From Anaeromyxobacteraceae bacterium (GTDB lineage: Bacteria > Myxococcota > Myxococcia > Myxococcales > Anaeromyxobacteraceae): a DNA stretch of 64,000 nucleotides. The notes beneath the pieces are model-generated. The model made no database searches. It worked only from the letters and a program-made list of their open reading frames with translations, and was not told the origin of the DNA. The stretch is from contig JASGHJ010000001.1 in NCBI GenBank assembly GCA_047602405.1, positions 1,696,001 to 1,760,000 on the forward strand. Direction: 5' to 3'. Positions 47,772 through 58,655 of the stretch are shown in pieces. Position 1 is the first letter of the stretch, and each line of letters opens with the position of its first letter. The position numbers were made by a program, and so were the translations under genes.

Positions 47772-48344
47772 ATGGAGACGTTCTCGAAGGACGCGGTGCT
47801 CCTGCTGGTGGATCTCCAGCGGGGGTTCGAGGAGCCGGCCTGGGGCCGGCGCTGCAACCCGACGATGGAGGCGCACGCCGCGCTCCTCCTCGAGGCCTGG
47901 CGCGGGATGCGGCGCCCGGTGGTCCACGCGCGGCACATGTCCACGCTCGCGGGCTCGCCGCTCCACCCCTCGAGGCCCGGGAACGCGTTCATGCCGGCGA
48001 CCGCGCCGCTCCCGGGCGAGCCGGTCGTCGAGAAGCGCGTCAACAGCTGCTTCATCGGCACCTCGCTCGAGGCGGACCTCCGGCGCATGGGCTGCGACAC
48101 GCTCGTCGTCGTCGGGCTCACCACCAACCACTGCGTGTCCACCACCGCGCGCATGGCGGGGAACCTCGGCTTCGACACGTTCGTGGTCTCCGACGCGACC
48201 GCCACGTTCGATCGCAGGGGACCGGACGGCGTCGTCCACCCTGCGGAGCAGATCCAGGCGATCGCGCTCTCGGACCTGCACGGCGAGTTCGCGACCGTGA
48301 TCGACGCCGCGACCGCCCTGTCCCGCACCACCTGGAGGCCGTGA
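47772..48344 (+). CDS. Cysteine hydrolase (isochorismatase family)
   Basis: LLVDLQRGF, EKRVNSCF, GLTTNHCVSTTAR. Confidence 0.92.
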   Translation: METFSKDAVLLLVDLQRGFEEPAWGRRCNPTMEAHAALLLEAWRGMRRPVVHARHMSTLAGSPLHPSRPGNAFMPATAPLPGEPVVEKRVNSCFIGTSLEADLRRMGCDTLVVVGLTTNHCVSTTARMAGNLGFDTFVVSDATATFDRRGPDGVVHPAEQIQAIALSDLHGEFATVIDAATALSRTTWRP

Positions 48345-50369
48345 TGACCGGAGCCCTCGTCCTCGCCGTCCTGCTCGCCGCCCCCGCCCCGGAGCCCGCC
48401 GCGGCCGCGCGCGGCCTCGGCCCCGCCGGCGTCGACCGCGCCGCCGACCCCTGCACCGACTTCCACGCCTTCGCGTCGGGCGGCTGGCGGGCCGCCCACC
48501 CGCTCCCGGCGGGCGCCCCGCGCATCAGCCCGCGGACGGTCGCGCGCGAGGCGAACGCCGCCGCGCTCGAGGCGCTGCTCCGCGAGCTCGCCGCGCGGAC
48601 CGACTGGCCCGCGGGCAGCGCCGAGCAGCTCGCCGGCGACGCCTTCGCCGCGTGCCTGGACGAGCGCGCCCCGGAGGCCGCGGGCCTCACGCCCGTCGCG
48701 CCGCTCCTCGACCGCATCGCGGCGGCCCGCACCCGCGCCGACGTGCAGCGCCTGCTCCGGCAGCTGCACGCCATCGGCGTCCACGTCGGGTTCAGGGCGG
48801 CGGGCGCGATGGACTTCCACGCCCCGAGGGCGTTCATCCTCGAGCTCTCGGCGGGCGCGCTCGGGCTCCCGGATCGCGCCGCCTACCTCGATGCGGACCC
48901 GAAGGCCGCCGCGGCGCGCGACCGCTACGCCGCCCACGTCGCCCGCCTGCTCGAGCTCGCGGGGACGCCGCGGGCGCGGGCGGAGGCGGACGCCGCCGAG
49001 CTCCTGGCGCTCGAGACCCGGCTCGCGCGGGAGGCCCTCGATCCCGCCGCGGCCTCCGACCCGGCCGAGACCGATCACCGGACGACCTTCGCCGGCCTGC
49101 AGGCGCTCGCGCCGGGCGTCGACTGGGCCGCGTACCTCGACGAGGCCGGGCTCCCGCGCGCCGACCTCAACGTCGCCGAGCCGCGCCTCCTCGCGGCGCT
49201 CGACCGCGAGCTGCGCGAGGCGCCGGTGTCCACCTGGCGGAGCTACCTCGCCGCCCGGCTCCTCGAGGCCGCCGCGCCGTGGCTCTCGAGGCCCTTCGCC
49301 GGGGAGGCGTTCGCCTTCCGTGAGGCGACCGCGCCGCCTCCCCGGGGGCGCCGCTGCGCCGAGGCCGTGGAGGAGCTCCTGCCCGACGCGGTGGGGAAGG
49401 TCTTCGTCGCGCGGTACTTCCCGGAGCCGACCCGGCGGCGGGTCCAGGCGCTCGCCGCGGACCTCCTCGCGGTGCTGCGCGAGGAGGTGGAGCGGGTCGG
49501 GTGGATGGCGCCCGCGACCCGCGCGACCGCGCTCGCGAAGCTCGCGGGCTACGACGTGGAGATCGGCCGCCCCGAGCGCTTCCGCGAGCTCCGCGGCGTG
49601 ATCGTCCGGCGCTTCACACCCTGGGAGAACGTGGTCGCCGCGCGGCGGTTCGCGGTCGCGGACGACCGGCGGCAGATCGGCAAGCCGAGCGACCCGGGGC
49701 GCTGGCAGCTCCCCGCGTCCTCGAGCGCCGCTTACCTCGACCTGCAGCTGAACGCGATCGTGCTGCCGGCTGGCTTCCTCCGCGGTGCGTTCGACGCCGA
49801 CGCGACCGACGCCTTCAACTACGGGTGGCTCCGGCTCGAACCTCGCGCACGACATGACCCACGTCGTCGACACGCTCGGGGCCGAGAACGACGTCCTCGG
49901 CCGGCCCGTGACCTGGTGGACCGCCGCCGACAAGGAGGGCTTCGAAGGGCGGGCGCGCTGCGTGGCGGAGCAGGCCGCGGCCTTCGAGGTGCGGCCGGGG
50001 CTCCACCTCGACGGGCCGCGCGTGCTCCGCGAGGCGGTGGGAGATCTCGAGGGGGTGCGGATCGCGTACGCCGCCCTTCGCCGGGTCATGGCGGGCAGGC
50101 AAGTCCCCACCGTGGACGGCTTCACCCCCGAGCAGCAGTTCTTCATCGCCGCGGCGCAGTCCCGCGCGGAGACGCTCGCGGAGGAGGCCGAGCGCCGGCA
50201 GGTCGAGACCGACTCCCACCCGGTCTCACGGTTTCGCGCGATCGCACCCCTCGCGAACCTCCCCGGGTTCCAGGCCGCGTTCTCTTGCGGGGATCGGTCA
50301 CCCATGGTGCGGCCGCCGGCGCGGCGATGCGCAATCTGGGTGGGCGACACCCACCCGTCCCCACTTTGA
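48344..50369 (+). CDS. M13 (neprilysin/PepO-like) metallopeptidase, +1 frameshift at ~49831
   Basis: DPCTDFHAFASGGW, LGLPDRAAY, NAIVLPAGFL, FNYG; second frame LAHDMTH, EAVGD, FTPEQQFF, DSHP, FQAAFSC. Confidence 0.85.
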
Positions 50370-50408
50370 CGAGGCACCGGGGCTCGGGCAGAGTGGCGTC
50401 GCGTCCTC

Positions 50409-51689
50409 ATGGTCTTCCGCTCCGCTCAAGCCTGGCTCCTCACCGCCTCCGCGCTGCTCCTCGCGGGGGTGGGCACCGCACGCTCCGCGCCTCCGGCGGC
50501 CTCGGTCGAGCTCGAGACCGCCGCGGCCGCGGCCGCGACCACGGCCACCGCGCCCGCGCGGTCGCTCGTGCCCGACCCCAACCCGCCCGAGCCCCTCGAG
50601 CTCGGCCGCCCGCACCTCGACCTGGCGCTCGGCCGCTGGGTCGCCCCGGTCCTGCGCGACGGCGCCGCCGAGGGCGAGGCGATCCTCACGATCGACCCGA
50701 ACCTCCAGGCGAAGCTCGAGCGGGCCCTCGAGAACTGGACGGTGCCGTGGGGCGCGATCGTGATGCTCGATCCGCGCGACGGCCGCGTGCTCGCGCTCGC
50801 GGAGCACTCGCACGCGCAGCCCGCGCGGCACGACCTCGCGCTCTCCGCGCTCTCGCCCGCCGCGTCGATCTTCAAGCTCGTCACCGCGACCGCGCTGCTC
50901 GAGGCCGGGGTCGAGCCCGACCAGACCGTCTGCTACCACGGCGGCAAGCGCCGCCTGCAGCCGAAGCTCCTCACCGACGACGCGCGCCGCGACCGCCGCT
51001 GCACCACGCTCGTCTCGGCGTTCGGCCACTCGACCAACACGGTCTTCGCGAAGCTCGCCGGCCGTGGCCTCGACGGCCCCGCCCTGCGCGCGACCGCCGC
51101 CCGCTTCCTCTTCAACGGCGCGATCCCGTTCGCGCGGCCGGTCGAGACCTCCACGGTCGAGGTCGGCGACGAGCCCTTCGAGGTCGCGAACACCGCCGCC
51201 GGCTTCGGCAAGGTCCGGCTCTCGCCGCTGCACGGCGCGCTGCTCGCCGAGATCGTCGCGAACCGCGGCGTGCTCGTGCCGCCGCGGCTCGTCGCCGAGC
51301 TCCGCGGCGCCGTGATGCCGCCCGAGCCCGAGCCTCGCCGCGTCGTCTCCCCCGAGGTCGCCGGCCGGCTCGCCGAGATGATGCGCGCCACCGTCACCGA
51401 GGGCACCGCCCGCCGCGCGTTCCGCCGGGTCGCCCCCGCGCTGCGCGGCGTGCAGGTCGCCGGCAAGACCGGCTCGCTCTTCGAGCGTGCGCCGTTCCGG
51501 GACCACACGCTCTTCGTCGGCTACGCCCCCGCCGACCGCCCCGAGGTCGCGATCGCGGTGGTGGTGGTGAACGAGCAGACGTGGCGCGTGCGCGCCCCGA
51601 CGCTCGCGCGCGAGGCGCTCGAGATCTACTTCGGCACCCGCGTCGCGGACGCCGGCCCGGCCGCGCTGGACCGGACCGCGGCGCGGTAG
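50409..51689 (+). CDS. Penicillin-binding transpeptidase-domain protein
   Basis: SIFK, STN and KTG motifs; LTIDPNLQ. Confidence 0.88.
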   Translation: MVFRSAQAWLLTASALLLAGVGTARSAPPAASVELETAAAAAATTATAPARSLVPDPNPPEPLELGRPHLDLALGRWVAPVLRDGAAEGEAILTIDPNLQAKLERALENWTVPWGAIVMLDPRDGRVLALAEHSHAQPARHDLALSALSPAASIFKLVTATALLEAGVEPDQTVCYHGGKRRLQPKLLTDDARRDRRCTTLVSAFGHSTNTVFAKLAGRGLDGPALRATAARFLFNGAIPFARPVETSTVEVGDEPFEVANTAAGFGKVRLSPLHGALLAEIVANRGVLVPPRLVAELRGAVMPPEPEPRRVVSPEVAGRLAEMMRATVTEGTARRAFRRVAPALRGVQVAGKTGSLFERAPFRDHTLFVGYAPADRPEVAIAVVVVNEQTWRVRAPTLAREALEIYFGTRVADAGPAALDRTAAR

Positions 51690-51737
51690 CCGGGGAGCCC
51701 CCCTTCACGCGCCGTGAGCCGTGCGGCGCGGTGATCC

Positions 51738-53267
51738 TCAGGGCAGCGTCCGCACCTCGACCGCCCCCTGCCCGAGCTTCTCGAGCGCGGCGCGGTGGTC
51801 GCCCATCGCCCCGACCACCACGATCGGCCAGCGCTCGGGGTGCATCCAGCGCCGCACGACCTCCGCGGTCTCCTCGCGCGTCAGGGCCGCCGCGCGCGCG
51901 GGCGCCGAGCGGTAGTAGTCGAGCGGCATGCCGAGCACGGCGAGCCTGGCGATGGACGAGGAGACCGCGTCCACCGTCTCGAGCAGCGCGGGGAGGCCGC
52001 GCACGAACATGTCGCGCGAGCGCTCGAACTCCGCCTCGGTCAGGTCGCCCGTGGCGAAGCGGGTGAGCTCCTTCTCGTACTCCGCGACGGCGGGTGGGGT
52101 GCTCGCCGCCACCACGCCGCCCGCCGCCTGGAAGCTGCCGGCGGTGCGCCCGAGGCGCAGCGCGGAGAAGACGCCGTAGCTGTACCCGTGCTGCTCCCGG
52201 AGGTTGAGGTTGAGCCGGCTCGAGAAGACGCCGCCGAGCGCGAAGTTGGCGATCCGGAGCGCCAGCGCGTCGGGGCCGCTCGCGGGGAAGAGGGGGCCGA
52301 CCACCCAGACCTGCGACTGGGTGGCGCCGGGCCGGTCGAGCCAGGCGATGCTGCGGGTCTGCGGCGGGACGATGGCCGGCAGCACGGGCTTCGTCGCGGG
52401 CCTTCCCTTCCAGCCGGCGAAGGCCGCGTCGAGCCGGCGCACCGCCTCGTCCGGCTCGACGTCGCCGGCGACCGCGATCACGAGGTCGGCCGGCGTCCAG
52501 AAGGCCCTGTGCCAGGCGGCGAGGTCCTTCCGCGTGATGGCCCGCAGCGACTCCGGCGTGCCGCCCTCGGGCTGGCCCCACGGGTGGTCGGGGCCGTAGA
52601 GGATCCGGTTGGCCTCGTCGCGGGCGAGGAGCGCGATGCTCGCCCTCTTCTGGTCGAGCTGCGCGAGGCGCAGCGTCCGCACCCGCTCGACGTCCTCGTC
52701 GCGGAAGGCCGGCTCCCGCAGCACCTCGGCGACCAGCGCGAGCGCCTGCGGCAGCGTCTCCGTGAGGCAGTTGAGGTGGGCGCCCGACGACTCCTGGTCG
52801 GCGTCGGTGGTGAGCTCCGCCGCGAGGTCCTCGATCGCCCGCGTGAGCGCCTGGGCGGTCCGCCGCCGCGTCCCCTCGAGCGCCGCAGCGGCGGCGAAGC
52901 CGGAGAGGCCGGGCTTCCCCCTCGGGTCGGCGTCGGCGCCGTGGAGGAAGCGGAGCTCCACGGCGACGAGCGGGGTGGCGTGGTTCGTCACCACGAGGAG
53001 CCGTGCGCCGCTCTTCAGCCGGCGCTCGACCGGCACGGGCGCGTTGAACGGGGCCGCCTCGGGGAGCGGCGCGGGGCGGCCGACGCGGAACGGCTCCTCG
53101 GCCATCAGCGAGGGCTTCGCCGGGCGCGCCGGAGCGACCTGCGCCTCGGTCGGCGGCATCGCCGCGGGCGCGGGCGCGGCGGCCCGGGGCGGGGGGGCGG
53201 GCTCGGCGTGGGCGCAGGCGAGGAGCGGGGCGGCGAGGGCCGCCGCGAGACGCGCGAGGCGGGTCAT
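51738..53267 (-). CDS. M16 peptidase, non-catalytic subunit (lipoprotein)
   Basis: LLAC lipobox; no HxxEH; SSRLNLNLREQHGYSY. Confidence 0.88.
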   Translation of the reverse strand: MTRLARLAAALAAPLLACAHAEPAPPPRAAAPAPAAMPPTEAQVAPARPAKPSLMAEEPFRVGRPAPLPEAAPFNAPVPVERRLKSGARLLVVTNHATPLVAVELRFLHGADADPRGKPGLSGFAAAAALEGTRRRTAQALTRAIEDLAAELTTDADQESSGAHLNCLTETLPQALALVAEVLREPAFRDEDVERVRTLRLAQLDQKRASIALLARDEANRILYGPDHPWGQPEGGTPESLRAITRKDLAAWHRAFWTPADLVIAVAGDVEPDEAVRRLDAAFAGWKGRPATKPVLPAIVPPQTRSIAWLDRPGATQSQVWVVGPLFPASGPDALALRIANFALGGVFSSRLNLNLREQHGYSYGVFSALRLGRTAGSFQAAGGVVAASTPPAVAEYEKELTRFATGDLTEAEFERSRDMFVRGLPALLETVDAVSSSIARLAVLGMPLDYYRSAPARAAALTREETAEVVRRWMHPERWPIVVVGAMGDHRAALEKLGQGAVEVRTLP

Positions 53268-54619
53268 CGCGCACCTCCGACCGGCTCGACGTCGAGCTCG
53301 ACCCGCCGGTCGTCCGGCAGGTACCGCACGGCGAACGCCTTCATGTCCGCCGCCTTCACCGCGCGGTAGCGGGCGAGGTGCGCGGGGAGGAAGCCGGGAT
53401 CTCCGAGGTAGGTCTGGTAGGCGGCGAGCACGTCCGCCTTCCCGCCGAACCCGCCGATCCGCTCGAGGGCGCGCAGCCGGGCGGCGAGGGCGAGCCGCAC
53501 CGCCCGCCGCACCTCGGCGTCGGAGACCCCGTTCCGCTTCACCTCGTCGAGCACCGCCTGCACCACGGGCTGCAGCTCGGCGACGCCGTGCCCCCTCGCG
53601 GCGGTGACCTGGATCTGGAAGACGCCGGCCTGGGCCGCGGTCTCGTCGATGGCGGTCACCTCGCTCGCGAGCCGCTTCTCCACCACGAGGGCCTGGTAGA
53701 GCCGCGAGGACTTGCCGCCGCCGAGGATCTGCGCGAGCACGTCGCCGGCCGGCTCCTCGAGCGAGTAGAGCTTCACCCCGGGCCACGCGAGCATGAGCCG
53801 GGGCAGCTCCGCCAGCTTGTCGTCGAAGCGCTCGCGCACGACCCGCGCGAGCCGCGGAGCCGGGATCTGCGGCGTCACCACCGGTGGACCGCGCGGGATC
53901 GACGCGAAGTACCGCTCCACGAGCTGCTTCGCCACCGCGGGCTCGAAGTCGCCGACGATCGCGAGCGTGGCGTTGTTCGGGCCGTAGTACGTGCGCAGGA
54001 ACGTGCGCACCTCCTCGAGCGAGGCGGCCTGGATCTCGGCGATGTCCCCGATCACCGCGCCGAAGTACGGGTGGGGCTTCGGGAAGACGAGCTCGTACAC
54101 GCGCTCCTCCGCGAGGCCGTAGGGCCGGTTCTCGGTGGTCTGCCGCTTCTCGTTGGAGACCACGTCGCGCTGGATGCGCAGCTTCTCCTCGTCGAGCTCG
54201 TCGAGGAGGTAGCCCATGCGATCCGCCTCCACCCAGAGCGCCGTGGGCAGCTCGCGCGACGGCAGCACCTCGAAGAAGTTGGTGCGGTCGAAGTCGGTGG
54301 TGCCGTTCACCGCGGCGCCCGCCCTGCCGCCCACGTCCTCGAAGACCTTCCACGAGGTCGGCTGGACGTGGCGCGAGCCGGAGAAGCCCATGTGCTCGAA
54401 CAGGTGGGCGAAGCCGCTGCGGCCGGGCGGCTCGTTGGCGGCGCCCGTGTGGTACCAGATGTCGACCGCCACCTGCGGCAGCCGGTGGTCCTCGCTGAGG
54501 ATCACGGTCAGGCCGTTGCCGAGCACGTACTTCTCGAAGGGGAGCCGGGGATCGGCGGCGCGGGCCGCCGGGGCGCCCAGCGCGAGGGCCAGACAGGAGA
54601 CGAGGGAGGCGAGCTTCAT
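53264..54619 (-). CDS. M16 peptidase, catalytic subunit
   Basis: GFAHLFEHM, NGTTDFDRTN, YYGPNNA. Confidence 0.92.
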   Translation of the reverse strand: MKLASLVSCLALALGAPAARAADPRLPFEKYVLGNGLTVILSEDHRLPQVAVDIWYHTGAANEPPGRSGFAHLFEHMGFSGSRHVQPTSWKVFEDVGGRAGAAVNGTTDFDRTNFFEVLPSRELPTALWVEADRMGYLLDELDEEKLRIQRDVVSNEKRQTTENRPYGLAEERVYELVFPKPHPYFGAVIGDIAEIQAASLEEVRTFLRTYYGPNNATLAIVGDFEPAVAKQLVERYFASIPRGPPVVTPQIPAPRLARVVRERFDDKLAELPRLMLAWPGVKLYSLEEPAGDVLAQILGGGKSSRLYQALVVEKRLASEVTAIDETAAQAGVFQIQVTAARGHGVAELQPVVQAVLDEVKRNGVSDAEVRRAVRLALAARLRALERIGGFGGKADVLAAYQTYLGDPGFLPAHLARYRAVKAADMKAFAVRYLPDDRRVELDVEPVGGAR

Positions 54620-54798
54620 GCGGTTCCTCGCGGGGCTGCGGGGGCGGCGCCGACTCTCTTGGTCAGGAGCCATCGTCGCACGACCCGTGACGTCCCGGCG
54701 GGGGCAGGGGACCCCCTCGTGCCACCGCTGAGTTCCGCGCCGGCCCGGGGTCCTATCCTGCGAAGCCGGACCCATGCTTCCGGAGAGAGGACCGCCCC

Positions 54799-55284
54799 AT
54801 GAACAAGAACACGATCTGCCTCTGGTTCGACAAGGACGCCGAGGCCGCAGCCCGCTTCTACGCGCAGACGTTCCCGGACACGAAGGTCGGCAAGGTGCAC
54901 CGCGCGCCCTCCGACTTCCCGGGCGGCAAGCAGGGCGACGTCCTGACGGTCGAGTTCACGGTCTGCGGCATCCCGTGCTTCGGGTTGAACGGCGGGCCGG
55001 TGTTCAAGCCGACGGAGGCCTTCTCGTTCCAGATCGCCACCGAGGACCAGGCCGAGACCGACCGCTACTGGGACGCCATCGTGAAGAACGGCGGCCAGGA
55101 GAGTGCGTGCGGCTGGTGCAAGGATCGCTGGGGGCTCTCCTGGCAGATCACCCCGCGGGTGCTGTCCGACGCGATGTCGAAGGGCGGCGAGGTCGCGAAG
55201 CGCGCCTTCGACGCGATGATGGACATGCAGAAGATCGACGTCGCGAAGATCGAGGCGGCGGTGAAGGGGAAGGGCGGGCGGTAG
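54799..55284 (+). CDS. VOC/PhnB-like protein (3-demethylubiquinone-9 3-methyltransferase family)
   Basis: CLWFDKDAEAAARFY, LNGGP, CGWCKDRWGLSWQI. Confidence 0.92.
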   Translation: MNKNTICLWFDKDAEAAARFYAQTFPDTKVGKVHRAPSDFPGGKQGDVLTVEFTVCGIPCFGLNGGPVFKPTEAFSFQIATEDQAETDRYWDAIVKNGGQESACGWCKDRWGLSWQITPRVLSDAMSKGGEVAKRAFDAMMDMQKIDVAKIEAAVKGKGGR

Positions 55285-55371
55285 CCTCCGCCGGGCCGCG
55301 TCGGCCCGGTCCGATTCACCCCGGGTGCGGTCGCCTTGCGGCGCCAGGGCCCGTGCCGGTACCGTGGGTGC

Positions 55372-57057
55372 TTGGCCTCCCTCGGCGACCTCGTCGCGGA
55401 CCTCCGGCGCCGCAAGGTGTTCCGGGCCCTCGCGGCCTGGGGCGTGATCGCGTTCGCGCTCCTGCAGGTGTTCGAGCCCATCCAGCACGGGCTGCACCTG
55501 CCCGACTGGACGCTGACGCTCGTCGTCGTGCTCGTCGCGGCCGGGTTCCCGGTCACGGTCGCGCTCGCCTGGGTGTTCGACCTCGGGCCGGGCGGCGTGG
55601 TCCGGACCGCGCCCGGGCCCGTCGACGCGAGCGCGGCGCCCGCGGGCCCTGGCGGCCTCCGCGGCTGGCGGCTCGGCGGCGTGCTCGGCGTGCTCGGGCT
55701 CCTCGCGGCGGCGCCGGGTCTCGCCTGGTACTTCGGGTGGCGCCTCCCCGCCCGCGGCGGCGGCCGCGCGGAGGCGGGCGGCGCGCCCACGCTCGCGGTC
55801 CTCCCGCTCGCGAACCTCTCGGGCGACGCCTCGCAGGCCTACTTCAGCGACGGCATGACCGAGGAGATCACCACGAAGCTCTCGCAGCTGCGCGGCCTGG
55901 CGGTCACCGCCGCCTCGAGCGTGGCGCGGTACCGCGACGCGCCGGCCGACCCGCGGCGGATCGGCGAGGAGCTCGGCGTGGCGTTCGTGCTCGAGGGCAG
56001 CGTGCGCCGCGCCGGCGACCGGGTGCGCGTGTCCGCCCGGCTCGTGAAGACCGCCGACGGCTTCAGGGTCTGGTCCGACGACATCGACTCGAGTTTCGAC
56101 GACATCTTCGCCGTGCAGGAGCGGGTCGCCACCCGGATCGTCGAGGCGCTCGGCGTCCACCTCGAGCCGGGCGAGTCGCGCCGGCTCACCGACTGGGGCA
56201 CCCGCAACGCCGCCGCCTACGACGCCTACCTGCGCGGCACGGCGCTCGCCGTGCACTTCGACGATCTCGCGCGGCTCGAGGCCGGCCGCAGGCAGTTCGA
56301 GGCCGCGCTCGCGCTCGACCCCGACTTCGCGCCCGCGCTCGCCGGGATCGCGAACGTGGAGCTGCAGACCTTCCGCAACTTCGAGACCGAGCCGGGCCAC
56401 CTCACGAGGGCGGAGGAGGCCCTGCGGCGGGCGCTCGCGCTCGACCCGCGCCTGACCTACGCGCGGATCTTCCAGGGCGGGCTGCAGGCGAACCGCTTCG
56501 AGTACGAGGCCGCGGCCCGGACCCTGCGGCCCGTGACGGCGGACGAGCCCCGAAACCACGTCGCCTGGGATCAGCTCTGCTGGGTGCTCACGTACCAGGA
56601 GCCGCCCGAGGCCGAGGAGGCGGAGCGCGCCTGCCGCCGGGCCCTCGCGCTCGACCCGGGCTACGTCGAGGCGAACTACCACCTCGCGCGGGCGCTCGTC
56701 TTCCAGCGCAGGTTCGACGAGGCCGAGCAGGCGATCCGCCGCGTGGAGGAGGGGGGGAGCGAGCGCCTGGGGCAGCTGGGGCGCTTCTGGCTCGCCCTCG
56801 TGAGCGGGCACCCGCGGGAGGCCCTCGACCACGCGCGGGAGAGGATGGTCAGCCGCCGCACCTCGCTCGCGCCCGCCTGGGAGGCCATGGCCCACGCCCA
56901 GCTCGGCGAGAAGGACCCCGCCTTCACCGCGCTCGACGAGGCGCTCCGGCGCGGGTACCGCGACGTCCCGAGCCTCCGGCGCTCGCCCTGGCTCGCGCCG
57001 CTCCGCGACGACCCCCGCTTCGAGCCGCTGCTCGCGCGGCACGGCATCGGGCGCTAG
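55372..57057 (+). CDS. Membrane protein with TolB_N-like domain and TPR repeats
   Basis: LRRRKVFR.., AVLPLANLSGD..YFSDGMTEEI, VLEGSVRRAG, ALALDP repeats. Confidence 0.82.
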   Translation: MASLGDLVADLRRRKVFRALAAWGVIAFALLQVFEPIQHGLHLPDWTLTLVVVLVAAGFPVTVALAWVFDLGPGGVVRTAPGPVDASAAPAGPGGLRGWRLGGVLGVLGLLAAAPGLAWYFGWRLPARGGGRAEAGGAPTLAVLPLANLSGDASQAYFSDGMTEEITTKLSQLRGLAVTAASSVARYRDAPADPRRIGEELGVAFVLEGSVRRAGDRVRVSARLVKTADGFRVWSDDIDSSFDDIFAVQERVATRIVEALGVHLEPGESRRLTDWGTRNAAAYDAYLRGTALAVHFDDLARLEAGRRQFEAALALDPDFAPALAGIANVELQTFRNFETEPGHLTRAEEALRRALALDPRLTYARIFQGGLQANRFEYEAAARTLRPVTADEPRNHVAWDQLCWVLTYQEPPEAEEAERACRRALALDPGYVEANYHLARALVFQRRFDEAEQAIRRVEEGGSERLGQLGRFWLALVSGHPREALDHARERMVSRRTSLAPAWEAMAHAQLGEKDPAFTALDEALRRGYRDVPSLRRSPWLAPLRDDPRFEPLLARHGIGR

Positions 57058-57441
57058 ATGGAGCCCATGGACGACCGGCAAGGCGGCCTCGCGGCCTGGC
57101 AGTGGCGGCTCTACCCGGACGGTCACCGGGACCGTCGGAACCTCGCCGTGCACGTCGCGACGGTGCCGATCTTCCAGGCGGGCACCTTGGCGCTCGTCCT
57201 CGCGCCGCTGTGGTCCCTCTGGCTCGCCCCCGTGGGGCTCGCCGCGATGGCGGGCGCGATGGCGGCGCAGGGGCGGGGCCACCGGCTCGAGGCGACCCCG
57301 CCCGTACCGTTCCGCGGCGCCGGCGACGTCCTCGCGCGGATCCTCACCGAGCAGTGGTTCACGTTCCCGCGTTACGTCTTCTCGGGCGGGCTCGGGCGCG
57401 CGTGGCGGGCGACGGGCGTGGGGGACGGGCGACGGGCGTGA
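57058..57441 (+). CDS. Mpo1/DUF962-like small membrane protein
   Basis: YPDGHRDRRNLAVH..VP, QGRGHRLE. Confidence 0.7.
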   Translation: MEPMDDRQGGLAAWQWRLYPDGHRDRRNLAVHVATVPIFQAGTLALVLAPLWSLWLAPVGLAAMAGAMAAQGRGHRLEATPPVPFRGAGDVLARILTEQWFTFPRYVFSGGLGRAWRATGVGDGRRA

Positions 57442-57475
57442 GGGACGGGACGCGCGCGGCGGGTGTGCGGTGGCG

Positions 57476-58588
57476 TCACCGCAGCTCCACCACGTGCTGC
57501 TCGGCGAGCCGCTTCATGGCCTTCAGCACGTCGAGCTCCCGCATCGGCGCGAGCCGCGCGAGGTCGAGGAGGTCCCGCTTCCCGTCGCAGCGCGAGAGCA
57601 GGTACTTCTCCGCCGCGCTCACGCGCAGCTTCGCGATGCCGCCGGCGGGTACGGAGACCCAGGGCACGCGCGGCGGCACGCAGAGCTCGTCGCGCAGCCG
57701 CTCCACGAGCGCGCGCTCCACCTCGGCGAGGAGCGCGCGGGCCGGGTCGGAGGCGGGATCGAGCTCCACGGCGCGGGAGGCGAGCACCTCGGCGTCGCTC
57801 GGGCGGCCGGCGGCGAGGTGGCGGCGCGCGCGGTCCATGAGCTCGGAGGTCGCGGACGCGGCGGCGCCCACCGGCGCGGCCGGCGCGAGCGCGGCGCGCA
57901 GGACGCCCTTGCGCGCGAGCGCGTAGAGCCGCTGGTACAGGTGGAAGTCGGTCGCGTGGATCGCGATGCCGATCTCGTCGATGGTCTTCCCCTCACGCGC
58001 GAGCGCGATGACCTTGCCGTCCACGGTCTCGGGGCGGAAGCCGTCGGGGACGTTCGCCTCCTCCACCTCGAGCGCCGCGGCGCCGCTCGGGAACTCGCCG
58101 CGGAAGGCGCTCCAGGCGGTGGCGCGGAACTCGGCCTCGCGGAGGATGTCGCCGAGGGCGATCAGCGCGTCGAGGTCGTCGACCGGCGGCGGCGGCGTGT
58201 CGTCGAAGGAGAACACGCCCGAGTCCCACAGGAAGACGTCGAGCAGGGTCTCGCGGATCTTGATGGCGAGGACGTCCCGGATGATCTCGGGCGTCACCAC
58301 CCCGACCATCGTGAGCACCTTGCCGAGCCGGACCTTCGTCTCCTCCTGCGTCTTGAAGGCCTTCGCGAGCTCGACGTCGTCGATGTGGCCGAAGTTGACG
58401 AGGAGCTGGCCGAGGTACTCGCGCGGATCGTTGGACGCGGCGCCGACGGCCTTGCCGTCGCGCAGGTGGAGCGACTTGCGGACCGTGCCGCGCTCGCAGG
58501 TGAGCACGCCGGTCGAGCCCTTGCGACCGAGGTGCTCGACGAGGTCCGCGAGCGGGAGCACCGAGAAGCTGCCCATGAGGCCGCGCAT
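57476..58588 (-). CDS. DUF4388-domain protein
   Basis: GSFSVLPLADLV..TGVL..G..VGAASN..EYLGQLL..RLGKVL..W..GVFSF. Confidence 0.82.
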   Translation of the reverse strand: MRGLMGSFSVLPLADLVEHLGRKGSTGVLTCERGTVRKSLHLRDGKAVGAASNDPREYLGQLLVNFGHIDDVELAKAFKTQEETKVRLGKVLTMVGVVTPEIIRDVLAIKIRETLLDVFLWDSGVFSFDDTPPPPVDDLDALIALGDILREAEFRATAWSAFRGEFPSGAAALEVEEANVPDGFRPETVDGKVIALAREGKTIDEIGIAIHATDFHLYQRLYALARKGVLRAALAPAAPVGAAASATSELMDRARRHLAAGRPSDAEVLASRAVELDPASDPARALLAEVERALVERLRDELCVPPRVPWVSVPAGGIAKLRVSAAEKYLLSRCDGKRDLLDLARLAPMRELDVLKAMKRLAEQHVVELR

Positions 58589-58655
58589 ACGAGCGACGAG
58601 TGTCGCCCGCCCGCACGCTGGCGGCAAGCGGCCGGGCCGTTGTAGAAGGCGGGCC

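Noticed and set aside
46943..52066. 1707-aa giant ORF
   Set aside because: GC-rich shadow frame joined to the M13 N-terminal part through the frameshift; real genes occupy other frames
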